Source: Candidatus Levyibacteriota bacterium | Lineage (GTDB): Bacteria > Patescibacteriota > Microgenomatia > Levybacterales > UBA12049 | Direction: 5' to 3' | Assembly (NCBI GenBank): GCA_016182235.1 | Contig: JACOXT010000003.1 | Coordinates: 66,209 to 130,208, forward strand | Length of the DNA stretch: 64,000 nt | Shown here: one piece after another, positions 34,778-44,734 of the stretch | Layout: each line of letters begins with the position of its first letter | How positions within the stretch are numbered: position 1 is the first letter of the stretch | Translations under genes and position numbers: made by a program | Notes under the pieces: model-generated | The model's input: only the letters and a program-made list of their open reading frames with translations | Databases searched by the model: none | Told to the model about the DNA's origin: nothing

Positions 34778-35815
34778 CTACGGGGTGAACCGGAACGTGG
34801 AGAGAATTTGGTCAAGCAACCCTCCATCATCAAGGCTTCCTTCGACATCGTTAATGATCAAAAATGCTGATTTCGAGTGTAGGGGAATTACAACTGTTTT
34901 GCCTTCGTTAATCCCAGAAAAGAGAGTAAACACAATAGCTTTTTTACCGCCAACAACAATCTTTCTGATTCCTTCCTCTGCCACTTCCTGAAGTAAGGGA
35001 TTTGCAAATTCCTCCAGCGTGAGATTAAGAGGATTTTTCTCGATGTCGAACTTTAGCAGCAGATGCTCAACGCCATCATTATCTTTCCATCTAAATAACA
35101 CAGATGAACTAGAATTTGTTTTTAAAAAATATTCTGGATATTTCACCTCAAACCCGTACTCCTCGTTGCGGTAGGTTTGCCAATTTGAAGTATAACCCTC
35201 ACTAATATCAAATTGAGGATCGGATGGTGTTTTTTCTGCTTGTTTAGTTTGCAATGAATTTATAAGTGATTGTGTTTCCGAAGGAAGCGGACCGGCAATA
35301 ATAGAATTAAATGCGGAATAGAAAATATAAAAATTTAAAGCTAGAGTTAACAACAATACAAATAGTGCAAGTGGCCATTGATTTTTACGAACAGTAAGTA
35401 TTGATCCTGTTGCTTTGTCGTGCCAACCTTGCTTTTTGGGATCTTTGATAATTGCCACAAACCCCAGACCAAATAGGAGGAATGCGAATTGGTATCCTAT
35501 GGTATGGCGAAAAAGACTTCTTTTTAGACTTAATAAATTGCCATTTTCATCAGTAACCCTAAGTCCCACCAATAGTTTGCCAATTGTTCCTCCAAACCAA
35601 TGAGTAAAGTAAGTTATATATAGTATAGTTAAAACAAAATAGGGCATAACCCATACAATTAAGAGTAAAAATAAATTCTTCACTAATTCCGACAAATTTC
35701 CGCTTGTTCCCGTATACCAGAAAAGAGTGCTAAACGGCAATAAAAGAATAGCGTTATCAGTAATTTGTGCCAAGAGACGCAATCTGTATCCCGCAAACTT
35801 TCTACTCTCCATCAT
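34778..35815 (-). CDS. RDD-family membrane domain fused to a C-terminal QILSTF-tail domain
   Basis: FAGYRLRLLAQITDNAILLL... is RDD-like. The C-terminal part is SNWQTYRNEEYGFEVKYPEYF ... LDQILSTFRFTP. ATG 35815 avoids the 100-nt overlap implied by the ORF-track start 35929. Confidence 0.7.
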   Translation of the reverse strand: MMESRKFAGYRLRLLAQITDNAILLLPFSTLFWYTGTSGNLSELVKNLFLLLIVWVMPYFVLTILYITYFTHWFGGTIGKLLVGLRVTDENGNLLSLKRSLFRHTIGYQFAFLLFGLGFVAIIKDPKKQGWHDKATGSILTVRKNQWPLALFVLLLTLALNFYIFYSAFNSIIAGPLPSETQSLINSLQTKQAEKTPSDPQFDISEGYTSNWQTYRNEEYGFEVKYPEYFLKTNSSSSVLFRWKDNDGVEHLLLKFDIEKNPLNLTLEEFANPLLQEVAEEGIRKIVVGGKKAIVFTLFSGINEGKTVVIPLHSKSAFLIINDVEGSLDDGGLLDQILSTFRFTP

Positions 35816-35828
35816 AGTTCGAATTCCT

Positions 35829-36875
35829 CTACTCAGACCCTGAACTTGTCGAAGGGTCATATTTTCCTCGTATATTGTTATACGCGATACTCCAAACAGT
35901 TGCCTTGAAAGCATTAAGAATTCCTCCAAGAAGTATCATTGCTATAATCATGGGGATAACAAGAATTGCTCCGATTACAAATAGTCCGATACCAAGTGAT
36001 TGGTTTTGTCCAGATGTTAACATTCCTCCAAAAATAATCCCTATAATAATTAATACTGGAATGGCTAGTATGAACATACTTAGAATTATATTGACAAGAC
36101 CAAGGAGAATCATTGCCCAGGTTTTTTTCCTTGCAATTTTATAACCCCTAAAAAGTGATTCTTTACCTGATTTTTTCTCTAGAACTACAATACGACTAGC
36201 CCAAATTTCAGAGAGAAGATAGTAGATGGATCCATATAATACTACGCCAAAAGTTATTATAGACAAAAGACCAAGCAGTATTTTTACTATTGTAGTGGGG
36301 ATTATAATTGTTATAAAAATTATAATACTTATGGTTAGAAAGCCGACTGCCAACACTAATGGCGGAACAGTTTGAAGCCATGCCAAAGATTTGGTATGGG
36401 AAAATGCTTTTTCTGATGAATCTCGAATATTAGGAATTCCGTTTAAAATGCTTGTTTGAACACCCTCAAGAAGTAAGCCTGTTGACCACGCTTTACTTAT
36501 AATACCAATAATTATAGCTAAGATAAAAACTGTAATAATTTCAATTGCTAAAATAATATAGAAATAAAAAGGAACAGAGGAAAACAAATTGGACAAAAGC
36601 TCCAAAACCTGTGAGTCAGATGCGCCCAATACTTGTGTTAGTCCTCCCGATGCGATTTCTCCCGGAAAAGATTGAAAATTTTCCTTGACATCTTTTATTT
36701 TATCTGAATTGAAATTGAATGGAAGATTAAAGTTAAAAGACAACGAAGCTCCTGAGGCCAGCCCGAATATCCACAAAACTTTATATTTTTTGATTATATT
36801 CCAAGCTTGGTTATATAACTTTCCTATTTCCCAATCTGGCAACTTATTGTCCATTGCGGTAATCTTTCTATTCAT
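35829..36875 (-). CDS. Polytopic membrane protein, unknown function
   Basis: 348 aa with 6 or more TM helices. The C-terminal codons (DPSTSSGSE*) are supplied by a GC-rich repeat. Confidence 0.55.
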   Translation of the reverse strand: MNRKITAMDNKLPDWEIGKLYNQAWNIIKKYKVLWIFGLASGASLSFNFNLPFNFNSDKIKDVKENFQSFPGEIASGGLTQVLGASDSQVLELLSNLFSSVPFYFYIILAIEIITVFILAIIIGIISKAWSTGLLLEGVQTSILNGIPNIRDSSEKAFSHTKSLAWLQTVPPLVLAVGFLTISIIIFITIIIPTTIVKILLGLLSIITFGVVLYGSIYYLLSEIWASRIVVLEKKSGKESLFRGYKIARKKTWAMILLGLVNIILSMFILAIPVLIIIGIIFGGMLTSGQNQSLGIGLFVIGAILVIPMIIAMILLGGILNAFKATVWSIAYNNIRGKYDPSTSSGSE

Positions 36876-36920
36876 GATAGACTGAAATTAGTTAGCTTGT
36901 CAATTGACAAGAAGACCCGA

Positions 36921-36957
36921 CTCCGTTCTTCATTGAAGAACTTCGGCGAGGCAAGGG
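36921..36957. repeat. GC-rich palindromic repeat, second copy of the 17926-17964 family
   Basis: ctccgttcttcattgaagaacttcggcgaggcaaggg. Confidence 0.75.
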
Positions 36958-36974
36958 GGGGTGATTTTGTGAAT

Positions 36975-37412
36975 ATGAATTATGCGGGGGCAGGAGCGCG
37001 TTTCTTGGCAGCAATTATAGATGGTTTGATCTTGTTAGTAATTAATTCGATATTCGGTTTTGTATTAGGGGGTAACAATCAATCGCCATTAAGTTATTTG
37101 TTAAGTCTTGGTGTGAGTATTGGCTACTGGGTCTTTTATCAAGCATCTCAAGGGCAAACTATTGGGAAAAAAGTAATGAGAATAAAAGTTGTTGACGCTT
37201 CCGGCAACAAACCAACTGTAATGACATTTTTCTTGCGAGAGATAATCGGTAAATTAGTTTCAGCAATTATTTTATTCATTGGATACCTAATGATTCTTTG
37301 GGATGCAAAAAAGCAAGGACTTCACGATAAAATCGCGGGAACTGTGGTTGTCAGAGTAACAGACGTATCGGCCAAAAGTCCTGTAGCTAATACAAATAAT
37401 GTAGCGTCTTGA
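36975..37412 (+). CDS. RDD-family membrane protein
   Basis: MNYAGAGARFLAAIIDGLILLVINSIFG..., WDAKKQGLHDKIAGTVV. The ORF-track TTG start 36897 reads through the repeat. Confidence 0.75.
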   Translation: MNYAGAGARFLAAIIDGLILLVINSIFGFVLGGNNQSPLSYLLSLGVSIGYWVFYQASQGQTIGKKVMRIKVVDASGNKPTVMTFFLREIIGKLVSAIILFIGYLMILWDAKKQGLHDKIAGTVVVRVTDVSAKSPVANTNNVAS

Positions 37413-37431
37413 TGATATTGAAATATCGTGC

Positions 37432-37460
37432 TTGATAGCTATTTTCTAAATGTATATAAT
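37432..37460 (+). promoter_or_regulatory. ftsK promoter TTGATA-17-TATAAT, 11 nt before ATG 37472
   Basis: Exact spacing was measured. Confidence 0.6.
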
Positions 37461-37471
37461 AAGAATCTGCC

Positions 37472-39577
37472 ATGGCACGAAGATATCGTCATAGAAGTAA
37501 ATTTAAATTCAAGCTTAAAAAGGGTACAGTTTATTCTATTTTCTCATTTGGTTTTATTGTTTTGGGAATAATTCTTCTTTTGTCTTTTACAAAAAATGGC
37601 AATAATTTTATTTTGATAAACAGTCTTTTAGAGAGAAATTTTGGAAATACTGCTTTATTTTTTCCGTTTGTTTTAATATTTTTTGGATTTTTATTTCTAA
37701 GACTTCGGATTTTCTTATCCAAAGCAAATATATCTATTGGGTTTTTAGTTTTTTTTCTATCACTGGGTGCTCTACTTAGGGCGGGGCAAGTTGGAAAAGA
37801 GCTATATGGTGTTATCTCTGAGATCCTAACGGATTTTGGAGCGATAGTAGTCTATTTTGCGGGAGTATTTGTTGGTTTGATTGTATTTTTTAATACATCG
37901 GTTGATGAGATAGTTGAATTTGTCAACCTGATATTCAGGAATATTTATAGACTTTTTCCAACAAAGCTCTTTGATTTTTTTAAGAGCAAGAGCACATCCT
38001 TTAGCGAAAAACAGATGACAATAAAAGGCGGCAAAACAATCCCAAACCTTTCCGGTGGGCGATCTCAAATAAATGCTCCGATAATTAACAAGAGCTCTCC
38101 TCTTCTTTCTGATAAATTAGTTAGCAATCCCTTGGTTAAATCAGGGCTTTGGGAATATCCTCCTTATTCTCTTTTGTCAGAAGGATCATCGCATAAGGCC
38201 GATCGCGGCGACATAAAAAGAGTCGCAAGTATTATAGAAAAAACATTACAAAGCTTTTCTATCGGAGCCAAGGTTGTTGAAGTTAATCTAGGGCCTGCTG
38301 TTACTCAATATGCCTTAGAGATTGCGCTTGGAACAAAAGTTTCCAAAATTACTTCTTTGTCCAATGATTTGGCTCTTGCAACTGAAGCACCAACCGGACA
38401 AATTAGAATTGAGGCTCCAATTCCCGGAAGAAATCTAGTTGGAATCGAGATCCCAAATAGAAGTTTGGAAGTGGTAACTTTGAAGACTATGCTTGAGTCC
38501 AATGTGATGAATAAGAATAAGTCCAAACTTACTGTTTCTTTGGGGCTTGATGTCAGCGGAGATCCAGTTGTTGCGGATATTGCTAAGATGCCTCACGTCT
38601 TGATCGCTGGGACAACAGGTTCCGGAAAGTCCGTTTTAATCAATTCTTTTATATCTTCACTTCTTTTTAGAGCTAGTCCTTCAGAAGTAAAACTCATTCT
38701 TATTGATCCAAAAAGAGTAGAGTTGACCGGATACAATGGGATACCTCACCTCATGACGCCGGTAATAGTTGAGGTTGAAAAAATTTTGGCCAGCCTTAAG
38801 TGGGCAATGGATGAGATGGACAGACGCTATACAACATTCGCAGAGCGTGGAGTTAGAAACATTGATTCATTTAATGAACTTGCAGGTTTCCAGTCGCTTC
38901 CCTATATTGTTATTCTTATAGATGAACTTGCCGATTTGATGGCTTTTGCTCCTGTTGAGGTAGAGGATGCTATCGCCCGCTTAGCTCAGATGGCAAGGGC
39001 AACAGGAATACATCTTGTCGTCTCAACACAGCGTCCGTCAGTTGATGTAATAACAGGACTAATTAAGGCGAATATTCCTTGTAGAATTGCTTTTAATGTT
39101 TCATCGATGGTTGATTCAAGGGTAATTATAGATGTTCCGGGAGCAGAAAAACTACTAGGACGGGGAGATATGCTTTATATCCCGCCAGACCAAGCAAAGC
39201 CGACTCGTATTCAAGGGGCATTTGTTTCAGAAAAAGAAGTGAGAGGACTTGTAGATTTTCTAAAAACCAAAAATCCTCCTGTTGAATACACAGAAGAAGT
39301 TATTTCAAAACCTCTAATTGTAAAGAAATTAGCCGGATCATTGGGAGCAAATGGAAAAGACGCTCTTTTTGAGGAAGCGATAAGAATTGTTTGTCAATAT
39401 GATCGTGCGTCAGCATCACTTCTTCAAAGAAGACTGTCAATAGGCTATTCAAGAGCCGCAAGAATTTTGGATCAATTGGAGGAAACAGGAGTAGTGGGGC
39501 ACGCTGAAGGGTCAAAACCCCGTGATGTATTGGCAAAAAATGCTGATGAGATTATAAATAACTTAAATCAACAGTAA
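37472..39577 (+). CDS. ftsK: DNA translocase FtsK
   Basis: N-terminal TM helices, Walker A GTTGSGKSV, LIDELADLM, and a gamma-domain-like C-terminus (LLQRRLSIGYSRAARILDQLE). Confidence 0.93.
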   Translation: MARRYRHRSKFKFKLKKGTVYSIFSFGFIVLGIILLLSFTKNGNNFILINSLLERNFGNTALFFPFVLIFFGFLFLRLRIFLSKANISIGFLVFFLSLGALLRAGQVGKELYGVISEILTDFGAIVVYFAGVFVGLIVFFNTSVDEIVEFVNLIFRNIYRLFPTKLFDFFKSKSTSFSEKQMTIKGGKTIPNLSGGRSQINAPIINKSSPLLSDKLVSNPLVKSGLWEYPPYSLLSEGSSHKADRGDIKRVASIIEKTLQSFSIGAKVVEVNLGPAVTQYALEIALGTKVSKITSLSNDLALATEAPTGQIRIEAPIPGRNLVGIEIPNRSLEVVTLKTMLESNVMNKNKSKLTVSLGLDVSGDPVVADIAKMPHVLIAGTTGSGKSVLINSFISSLLFRASPSEVKLILIDPKRVELTGYNGIPHLMTPVIVEVEKILASLKWAMDEMDRRYTTFAERGVRNIDSFNELAGFQSLPYIVILIDELADLMAFAPVEVEDAIARLAQMARATGIHLVVSTQRPSVDVITGLIKANIPCRIAFNVSSMVDSRVIIDVPGAEKLLGRGDMLYIPPDQAKPTRIQGAFVSEKEVRGLVDFLKTKNPPVEYTEEVISKPLIVKKLAGSLGANGKDALFEEAIRIVCQYDRASASLLQRRLSIGYSRAARILDQLEETGVVGHAEGSKPRDVLAKNADEIINNLNQQ

Positions 39578-39583
39578 AAAACA

Positions 39584-40216
39584 ATGATACGGGTTGGGCA
39601 AAGATTGCAAGATGAAAGAGTAAGACGCGGCTTAACTCTTGATGAAGTTTCCAAGACATTAAAGATCAAATATTTTTTTTTGTCAGCTTTAGAGGAGGGA
39701 AACTATAAAGAGTTGCCGTCCGGTACCCATGCTTATGGATTTGTCAGGAACTACGCAAAGCTTCTTGGACTTGCGGAAAATGAAATACTTGCTCTTTTTA
39801 AAAGAGAATATGATGAAGAGAAATTCCATAAAGTTCTGCCAGAAGGGCTAGTGAGAAAAGATTTTCCTATTCATCGAATTAGATTTGGGCAAACTTTTAA
39901 GATTGTTATTCTAATTTTTTTAGTTTTTCTGGGGTACATATTTTTCCAGTATAGATATGCAATTTTTAATCCTCCCCTTGATGTTTCTTCTCCAGAGGAG
40001 AATTCTATTGTCTCCTCCCAAACGATTTTAGTTATTGGAAAGACAGACCCAAACTCAAGCGTTTTCATTAACGATGATATTGTATCAATAGATAAAGAGG
40101 GGAATTTCAAAAAAAGTGTTAATGTGTTTCCCGGAAAAGCAAGAATTGTGATTAAGGCGGTTAATAAATTTAAAAAAGAAACGGTTATTGAACGCAATAT
40201 AGAAGTTAAACCCTAG
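39584..40216 (+). CDS. RodZ-like protein (XRE-type HTH, one TM helix, extracytoplasmic domain)
   Basis: VGQRLQDERVRRGLTLDEVSKTLKIKYFFLSALEEGNY, HAYGFVRNYAKLLGL. Confidence 0.7.
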   Translation: MIRVGQRLQDERVRRGLTLDEVSKTLKIKYFFLSALEEGNYKELPSGTHAYGFVRNYAKLLGLAENEILALFKREYDEEKFHKVLPEGLVRKDFPIHRIRFGQTFKIVILIFLVFLGYIFFQYRYAIFNPPLDVSSPEENSIVSSQTILVIGKTDPNSSVFINDDIVSIDKEGNFKKSVNVFPGKARIVIKAVNKFKKETVIERNIEVKP

Positions 40217-40303
40217 GTGCCAATAGAAATCCACATCCCAGGTGTACAGTATACCCTCTTGTTGAGCTTGACTTTTTCATTCATCGGTGAAATAGTGTAA
40301 ATA

Positions 40304-40921
40304 ATGAGTCTTCCACAATCACTAACAACTCCGACACGTTTTTCAAAATACCTTGCGATTCTTGTTTTTGTTACACTTCCTTTTATTGGTTTTTTGCTTG
40401 GTGTTCGCTATCAGGAAGTATTCATGCAATCAGAAAAAATGCAAGAAGAAAGCAACCTTCTAATCGAACGTACCCCCACCCCTACACCTTTAGCAATACC
40501 AACAGTTGACCCTTCAGTAACAGCAAATTGGAAGACATATTCGGGTAAATATTTTTCTTTTAAATATCCATCTACGTGGATAGAGCAAGCAGGACCTAAG
40601 GATGGAGAGGAGGATATAGGATTTAGAATATCACCTAATGCAGTATTTGGAGCATCTTATTATATAAATGAGAGTTATGAGCAAGGAATAAGGGATTTTG
40701 AGGATCGCAAATCAAGTAAGCTAAAAATTGATGCAAGAGAAGCTACAAGATTTGAATTAACAGATGCCCCAAGCGTACTACCATCTGGCTATTCAATAAT
40801 TTCGTTTGTTGTTAAAGGACTTGGAAATACAAGCTACTCAATAGGCTTCAATGGTGACAGAAAAGATATTGAAGATCAATTAATAACCCAAATCCTCTCC
40901 ACCTTTCAATTCTCAAACTGA
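40304..40921 (+). CDS. QILSTF-tail family paralog
   Basis: TM anchor, TANWKTYSGKYFSFKYPSTW, ending ITQILSTFQFSN. Confidence 0.7.
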   Translation: MSLPQSLTTPTRFSKYLAILVFVTLPFIGFLLGVRYQEVFMQSEKMQEESNLLIERTPTPTPLAIPTVDPSVTANWKTYSGKYFSFKYPSTWIEQAGPKDGEEDIGFRISPNAVFGASYYINESYEQGIRDFEDRKSSKLKIDAREATRFELTDAPSVLPSGYSIISFVVKGLGNTSYSIGFNGDRKDIEDQLITQILSTFQFSN

Positions 40922-40948
40922 TCCCGCGAAGCCTTGGCGAAGTGGGAC
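40922..40948. repeat. GC-rich palindromic repeat fragment (tcccgcgaagccttggcgaagtgggac)
   Basis: It is related to the ggcgaggcaa family and sits directly after a stop codon. Confidence 0.5.
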
Positions 40949-41130
40949 AAATTCACTGATTAATAAATCCAAATACAAAATTACAAATCTCAAATAAATC
41001 TCTCAATCTCCAAATATCTAAATTCAAAACGTTTTTAATTTTTGTCATTTGATATTGTTTCGAGTTTCGATATTCGTGCTTAGAATTTTTTCTAACCTGT
41101 CTTGACGTCTTTTGTTATGGTAGTTTCCAA

Positions 41131-41159
41131 TTGACATGAGATATTTGTTAATGATATCT
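41131..41159 (+). promoter_or_regulatory. Promoter TTGACA-17-ATATCT, 7 nt before ATG 41167
   Basis: Spacing was measured. The -10 is weak. Confidence 0.45.
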
Positions 41160-41166
41160 TTAATTT

Positions 41167-41660
41167 ATGATAGATTCTGCTCAGACAATTTTGTTTGTCG
41201 TGATAGTTGCTTTGACTATTCTCCTTTTGGTTTTGGGAGTCCAGGTATTTTTTATTCTTCGGGATCTTCGAAAAACAGTTTCCAAAGCAAATAAAGTTCT
41301 GGATAATACCAATGTAATAACACAGTCGGTTTCTTCTCCTATTTCTTCTTTGTCCTCAATAGCGATGGGAATTAAGACTGGATCTTCAGTTATAAATCGG
41401 GCGCCCTGATCGGTGCGGGCATCGTTTTTTTGCTCGGTACAAAGAAGGGCAAAAGATTATTAAAGGCAATTTCGGAAGAAGGAATAGGAAATATTTCTAG
41501 TATCCTTGACAAGGAAGAAAAGTTTGATGATGCATATGAGGATGAAAAGGTCGAAAAGGTAATGCCGCAAAGAAGCGCAGCAACTGAAGATGTAAATACC
41601 AATGAAGTAAAACCTAGAGTTAGAAGATTTTTTAGAGGAATTACAAAAAGACTAAATTAA
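41167..41660 (+). pseudogene. DUF948/YtxH-like membrane protein split by a frameshift near 41395-41410
   Basis: ORF1 ends ...GSSVINRAP*. The next frame reads, without a start codon, GALIGAGIVFLLGTKKGKRLLKAISEEG (a YtxH-type helix) and continues into ORF 41430..41660. Confidence 0.5.
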
Positions 41661-41673
41661 CTCTTAAAACTTT

Positions 41674-42630
41674 CTACAAGCCAAATATTTTGATGTTTTC
41701 ATTGTGTTCCGTCAAGGTTCTGGCATATCGAATGGTTTTATTTTTATCGTGAAGGTAGTATAAGTAGTTTGTATCTGAAGGGTTTGCTGCTGCACGAAGC
41801 GCCTCAAGTCCGGGATTTGATATCGGTCCAGGCGGCAATCCGATATTTATATAAGTATTGTAATTAGATAAAACACTTTTATATTCTTCTGTCGTAACAG
41901 GTTCCCACCATTTATTGTTTGACGCATTTTTTCCTTTGGCATATTGAATAGTGGCGTCAACTTGTAGCGCCATTCCTGCATTCAATCTATTCATTAGTAT
42001 GCCTGCGATAATTGGTTTTTCTTCATCTGTAATTGCTTCCCGTTCGATTAGAGAGGCAAGAATTACTATCTCTTTCTGGTTTAACTTAGCGTTGAGTATA
42101 TTAAGAGTGGAATATTTTTGTTCGAAATTTCCCCGTAACTGATTTAAAACCATTTCAATATCCGCGTTTTTTGGAATAAGATATGTGTCTGGAAAAAGAT
42201 AGCCCTCATTTATCATAAGAATATTTTGCCAGGAATCATTATAAGTCGGGATTTCTTTTTTTAGAACTTCTGCGATTTCCTCCGCTCTTTTTCCCTCGGG
42301 AATTGTTACCCATATGTCTAGAGTTCCGTGAGTCAAATTCAACGCGATTTCTTCCGTAGTCATTTTGGGTGAAAGCCTAAAATCTCCAGCCTGAATATCT
42401 TTATCAAGACCAAATTGTTTTATGAGTAGGAAAAAAATAATTCGGCTTCTGATAAGCCCTTTTTCTTTAAGATTATTTGCAATTTCGCGAACTCCATCGC
42501 CTTTTTTAACGACAAAGATTACAGATTTTTCGCTTGTAGGGTCTGGAGGACGCTTCCCATTTTCCCACCAGACAACTCCTGATATCACAGAGGCAATTAG
42601 AATTGAAATTAAAATAATTAATTTTTTCAT
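41674..42630 (-). CDS. mltG: Endolytic murein transglycosylase MltG (YceG-like)
   Basis: N-terminal TM, FRLSPKMTTEEI, VTIPEGKRAEEIA, LASLIEREA, YNTYINIGLPPGPISNPG. Confidence 0.9.
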   Translation of the reverse strand: MKKLIILISILIASVISGVVWWENGKRPPDPTSEKSVIFVVKKGDGVREIANNLKEKGLIRSRIIFFLLIKQFGLDKDIQAGDFRLSPKMTTEEIALNLTHGTLDIWVTIPEGKRAEEIAEVLKKEIPTYNDSWQNILMINEGYLFPDTYLIPKNADIEMVLNQLRGNFEQKYSTLNILNAKLNQKEIVILASLIEREAITDEEKPIIAGILMNRLNAGMALQVDATIQYAKGKNASNNKWWEPVTTEEYKSVLSNYNTYINIGLPPGPISNPGLEALRAAANPSDTNYLYYLHDKNKTIRYARTLTEHNENIKIFGL

Positions 42631-42639
42631 ATTGAAGGA

Positions 42640-43941
42640 TCATGACAATTTGAATATCGCATGATCTTCTAATCTTTTTTTTGCTTCGTTTAGATTATAC
42701 GAGTTTTGACTATAGAGCGTACAAAGAAGTTCTCCTTTTTCGACATTTTCCCCTAGCTTTTTTTCTAAATATATACCTGCCCCTTTTTGCTCGGGCGCAC
42801 CTAAGGCTTTTGCAATAATTGTAATATTGGAACTGTTAATATTTGTAATTTTTGACTTTTTTTGTGCATGAAGTCTAAATATAAATTTACCCGGTTTTAA
42901 ATCTTCACTGTCTAGATTTGGGTTTCCTTCCTGAACACGTATTATTTCTTGCATTTTTTTGAAGGCGAAACCATTTTTTAGGATATAGGTTGCCCATCCA
43001 AAAGAATTACCAAAGTTTTTTCTGACATATTCCTTAAGTTTTTTTGGAGAGTCATTAAGACAAAGCTCTAATAGGTTTCCTGCCAGATTTATACTTCTAA
43101 TCTCAAGATCCAAAGGGCGATTGTGTTTTTGCTGAAGAACTCTTATAGCTTCTCGTGTTTCAAGAATAGGACCGATACCTCGACCTGCCGGCTCGTTGGT
43201 TCTATGAATCAGAACACGAATTTTTATATTAAATTTTTTAGCTATATATTCAAACTTTCTCTTTAATATCTCAACGTCTTCCAGCTTATGAACTTTTACG
43301 GTTTTTCCATAAGGAAGATCTATAACTACATGGTTAGATCCAAATGCAATTTTCTTGGCCATAATAGACACTATGATTTTATCGAAGCTTTCAAACAAAA
43401 GAGGTTTTTCGACTATTATAATCGCATCGTCAGCCGGAGCAATATTAAAAGCTCCCCCCCAAACAATACATCCATTTGTTTTTTTTACTATTTCATAAAT
43501 TTTTTCTTTTGAAAATTTGACTTTAGCAAGTGTTTCCATATCATCTGCAGTTCCCGATGGAGTAGTTATCGCGCGAGAAGAGCTTTTTGGAATACAAAAA
43601 CCGGCCGCGGCAACAATTGGAACAACAACAAGGGTAGTCCTTGTGCCGGGCACTCCTCCTATGGAATGCTTATCAGCAACAATTCCTTTAAATTCAAGTT
43701 TCTCGCCTGTCTCAACCATTGCCTTGGTAAGATAATAAAGCTCCTGGCTGGAGAATCCATTTGAATAGCCGGACGCTGCAAAGTAAGTAGTTATAATATT
43801 CCCAAGCTTCTCTTTGGCTATTTGGTCCATGATGGAATATATTTCTTTATAATTCAGCCTTTTACCAATTAGCTTTTTTCTAATAGCGATTAATGCTTTT
43901 TGGGTATTAATATGCTCTAAATTTACTTTTTTTTCTTCCAT
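42640..43941 (-). CDS. Thymidine/AMP phosphorylase family protein (glycosyl transferase family 3)
   Basis: ADKHSIGGVPGTRTTL, TTPSGTADDME, 433 aa. Confidence 0.85.
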   Translation of the reverse strand: MEEKKVNLEHINTQKALIAIRKKLIGKRLNYKEIYSIMDQIAKEKLGNIITTYFAASGYSNGFSSQELYYLTKAMVETGEKLEFKGIVADKHSIGGVPGTRTTLVVVPIVAAAGFCIPKSSSRAITTPSGTADDMETLAKVKFSKEKIYEIVKKTNGCIVWGGAFNIAPADDAIIIVEKPLLFESFDKIIVSIMAKKIAFGSNHVVIDLPYGKTVKVHKLEDVEILKRKFEYIAKKFNIKIRVLIHRTNEPAGRGIGPILETREAIRVLQQKHNRPLDLEIRSINLAGNLLELCLNDSPKKLKEYVRKNFGNSFGWATYILKNGFAFKKMQEIIRVQEGNPNLDSEDLKPGKFIFRLHAQKKSKITNINSSNITIIAKALGAPEQKGAGIYLEKKLGENVEKGELLCTLYSQNSYNLNEAKKRLEDHAIFKLS

Positions 43942-44083
43942 AATTATCCTTTTATCTGTTTTAAGGCGATCGAAACCATGCTTTTTATGGTGGTGAGAAT
44001 AAAGTAAAATGAGATATTAATATTGCGATAGATAGCTGGCCAGATTTTTATCAAGAATGCCCTTAAGTTTTGCTTTTCCATAT

Positions 44084-44734
44084 TTAAATTATTTTTTCAA
44101 ATCTTGCTTTTACAATAAGTCTTTTCCAAATGGTTCCCGGAGGCGTACATGTGACTAAAGTGATATAAGAGTTATTATAATTTTGTTCAAGTAATGATGT
44201 ATCCGAAGCATCAATAACACGGCTTTGGAAAACTTTATATAAATAGACGGAGTTACCAACTGTAGCATATATTTTATCTCCATTTTTGAGCTTATGGATA
44301 TTTGTAAATATTGTTTTGTAGTTTTTGTTATTGAAAAATTGAGGCAGAGTAGAATGTCCAAATATCAAAGAATTACCAGTTTTCCCGGGGATATTATACT
44401 TCCCATAATTTACTAAATGTTTTGTGGTATTGGTGTCGACAGTCGATACCACGGCGTTTTCAATATTTACCCGGGGAATAGAGAGAAAGTATTTTGATAT
44501 TTCAGATTGGCTTTTGGGAAAATGACTCTCAAGGTTTGTAGTCGTATTTATTTTTGGAGTAGGATTGATAATATCTTGCGTCTCAAAAGGTTGAAAATAA
44601 ATATACCATAAGACAATCGGAAGAAAAAAATAAATAATCGAAGTTAATCCTGTTACAATAAATAACACGCTCAAAATTCGAAGGCATTTTCTAGAACTAT
44701 TCTTTAATTTCTTAGAATAAAAGTGTTTAACCAT
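44084..44734 (-). CDS. Sortase-family transpeptidase
   Basis: N-terminal TM, LIFGHSTL (His), ITLVTCTPPGT (TLxTC Cys), downstream Arg. Confidence 0.85.
   Translation of the reverse strand: MVKHFYSKKLKNSSRKCLRILSVLFIVTGLTSIIYFFLPIVLWYIYFQPFETQDIINPTPKINTTTNLESHFPKSQSEISKYFLSIPRVNIENAVVSTVDTNTTKHLVNYGKYNIPGKTGNSLIFGHSTLPQFFNNKNYKTIFTNIHKLKNGDKIYATVGNSVYLYKVFQSRVIDASDTSLLEQNYNNSYITLVTCTPPGTIWKRLIVKARFEKII

Noticed and set aside
34778-35929. Long version of the RDD-fusion gene starting at 35929
   Set aside because: It would overlap the upstream gene by about 100 nt and read through a GC-rich repeat. The RDD homology starts after ATG 35815.
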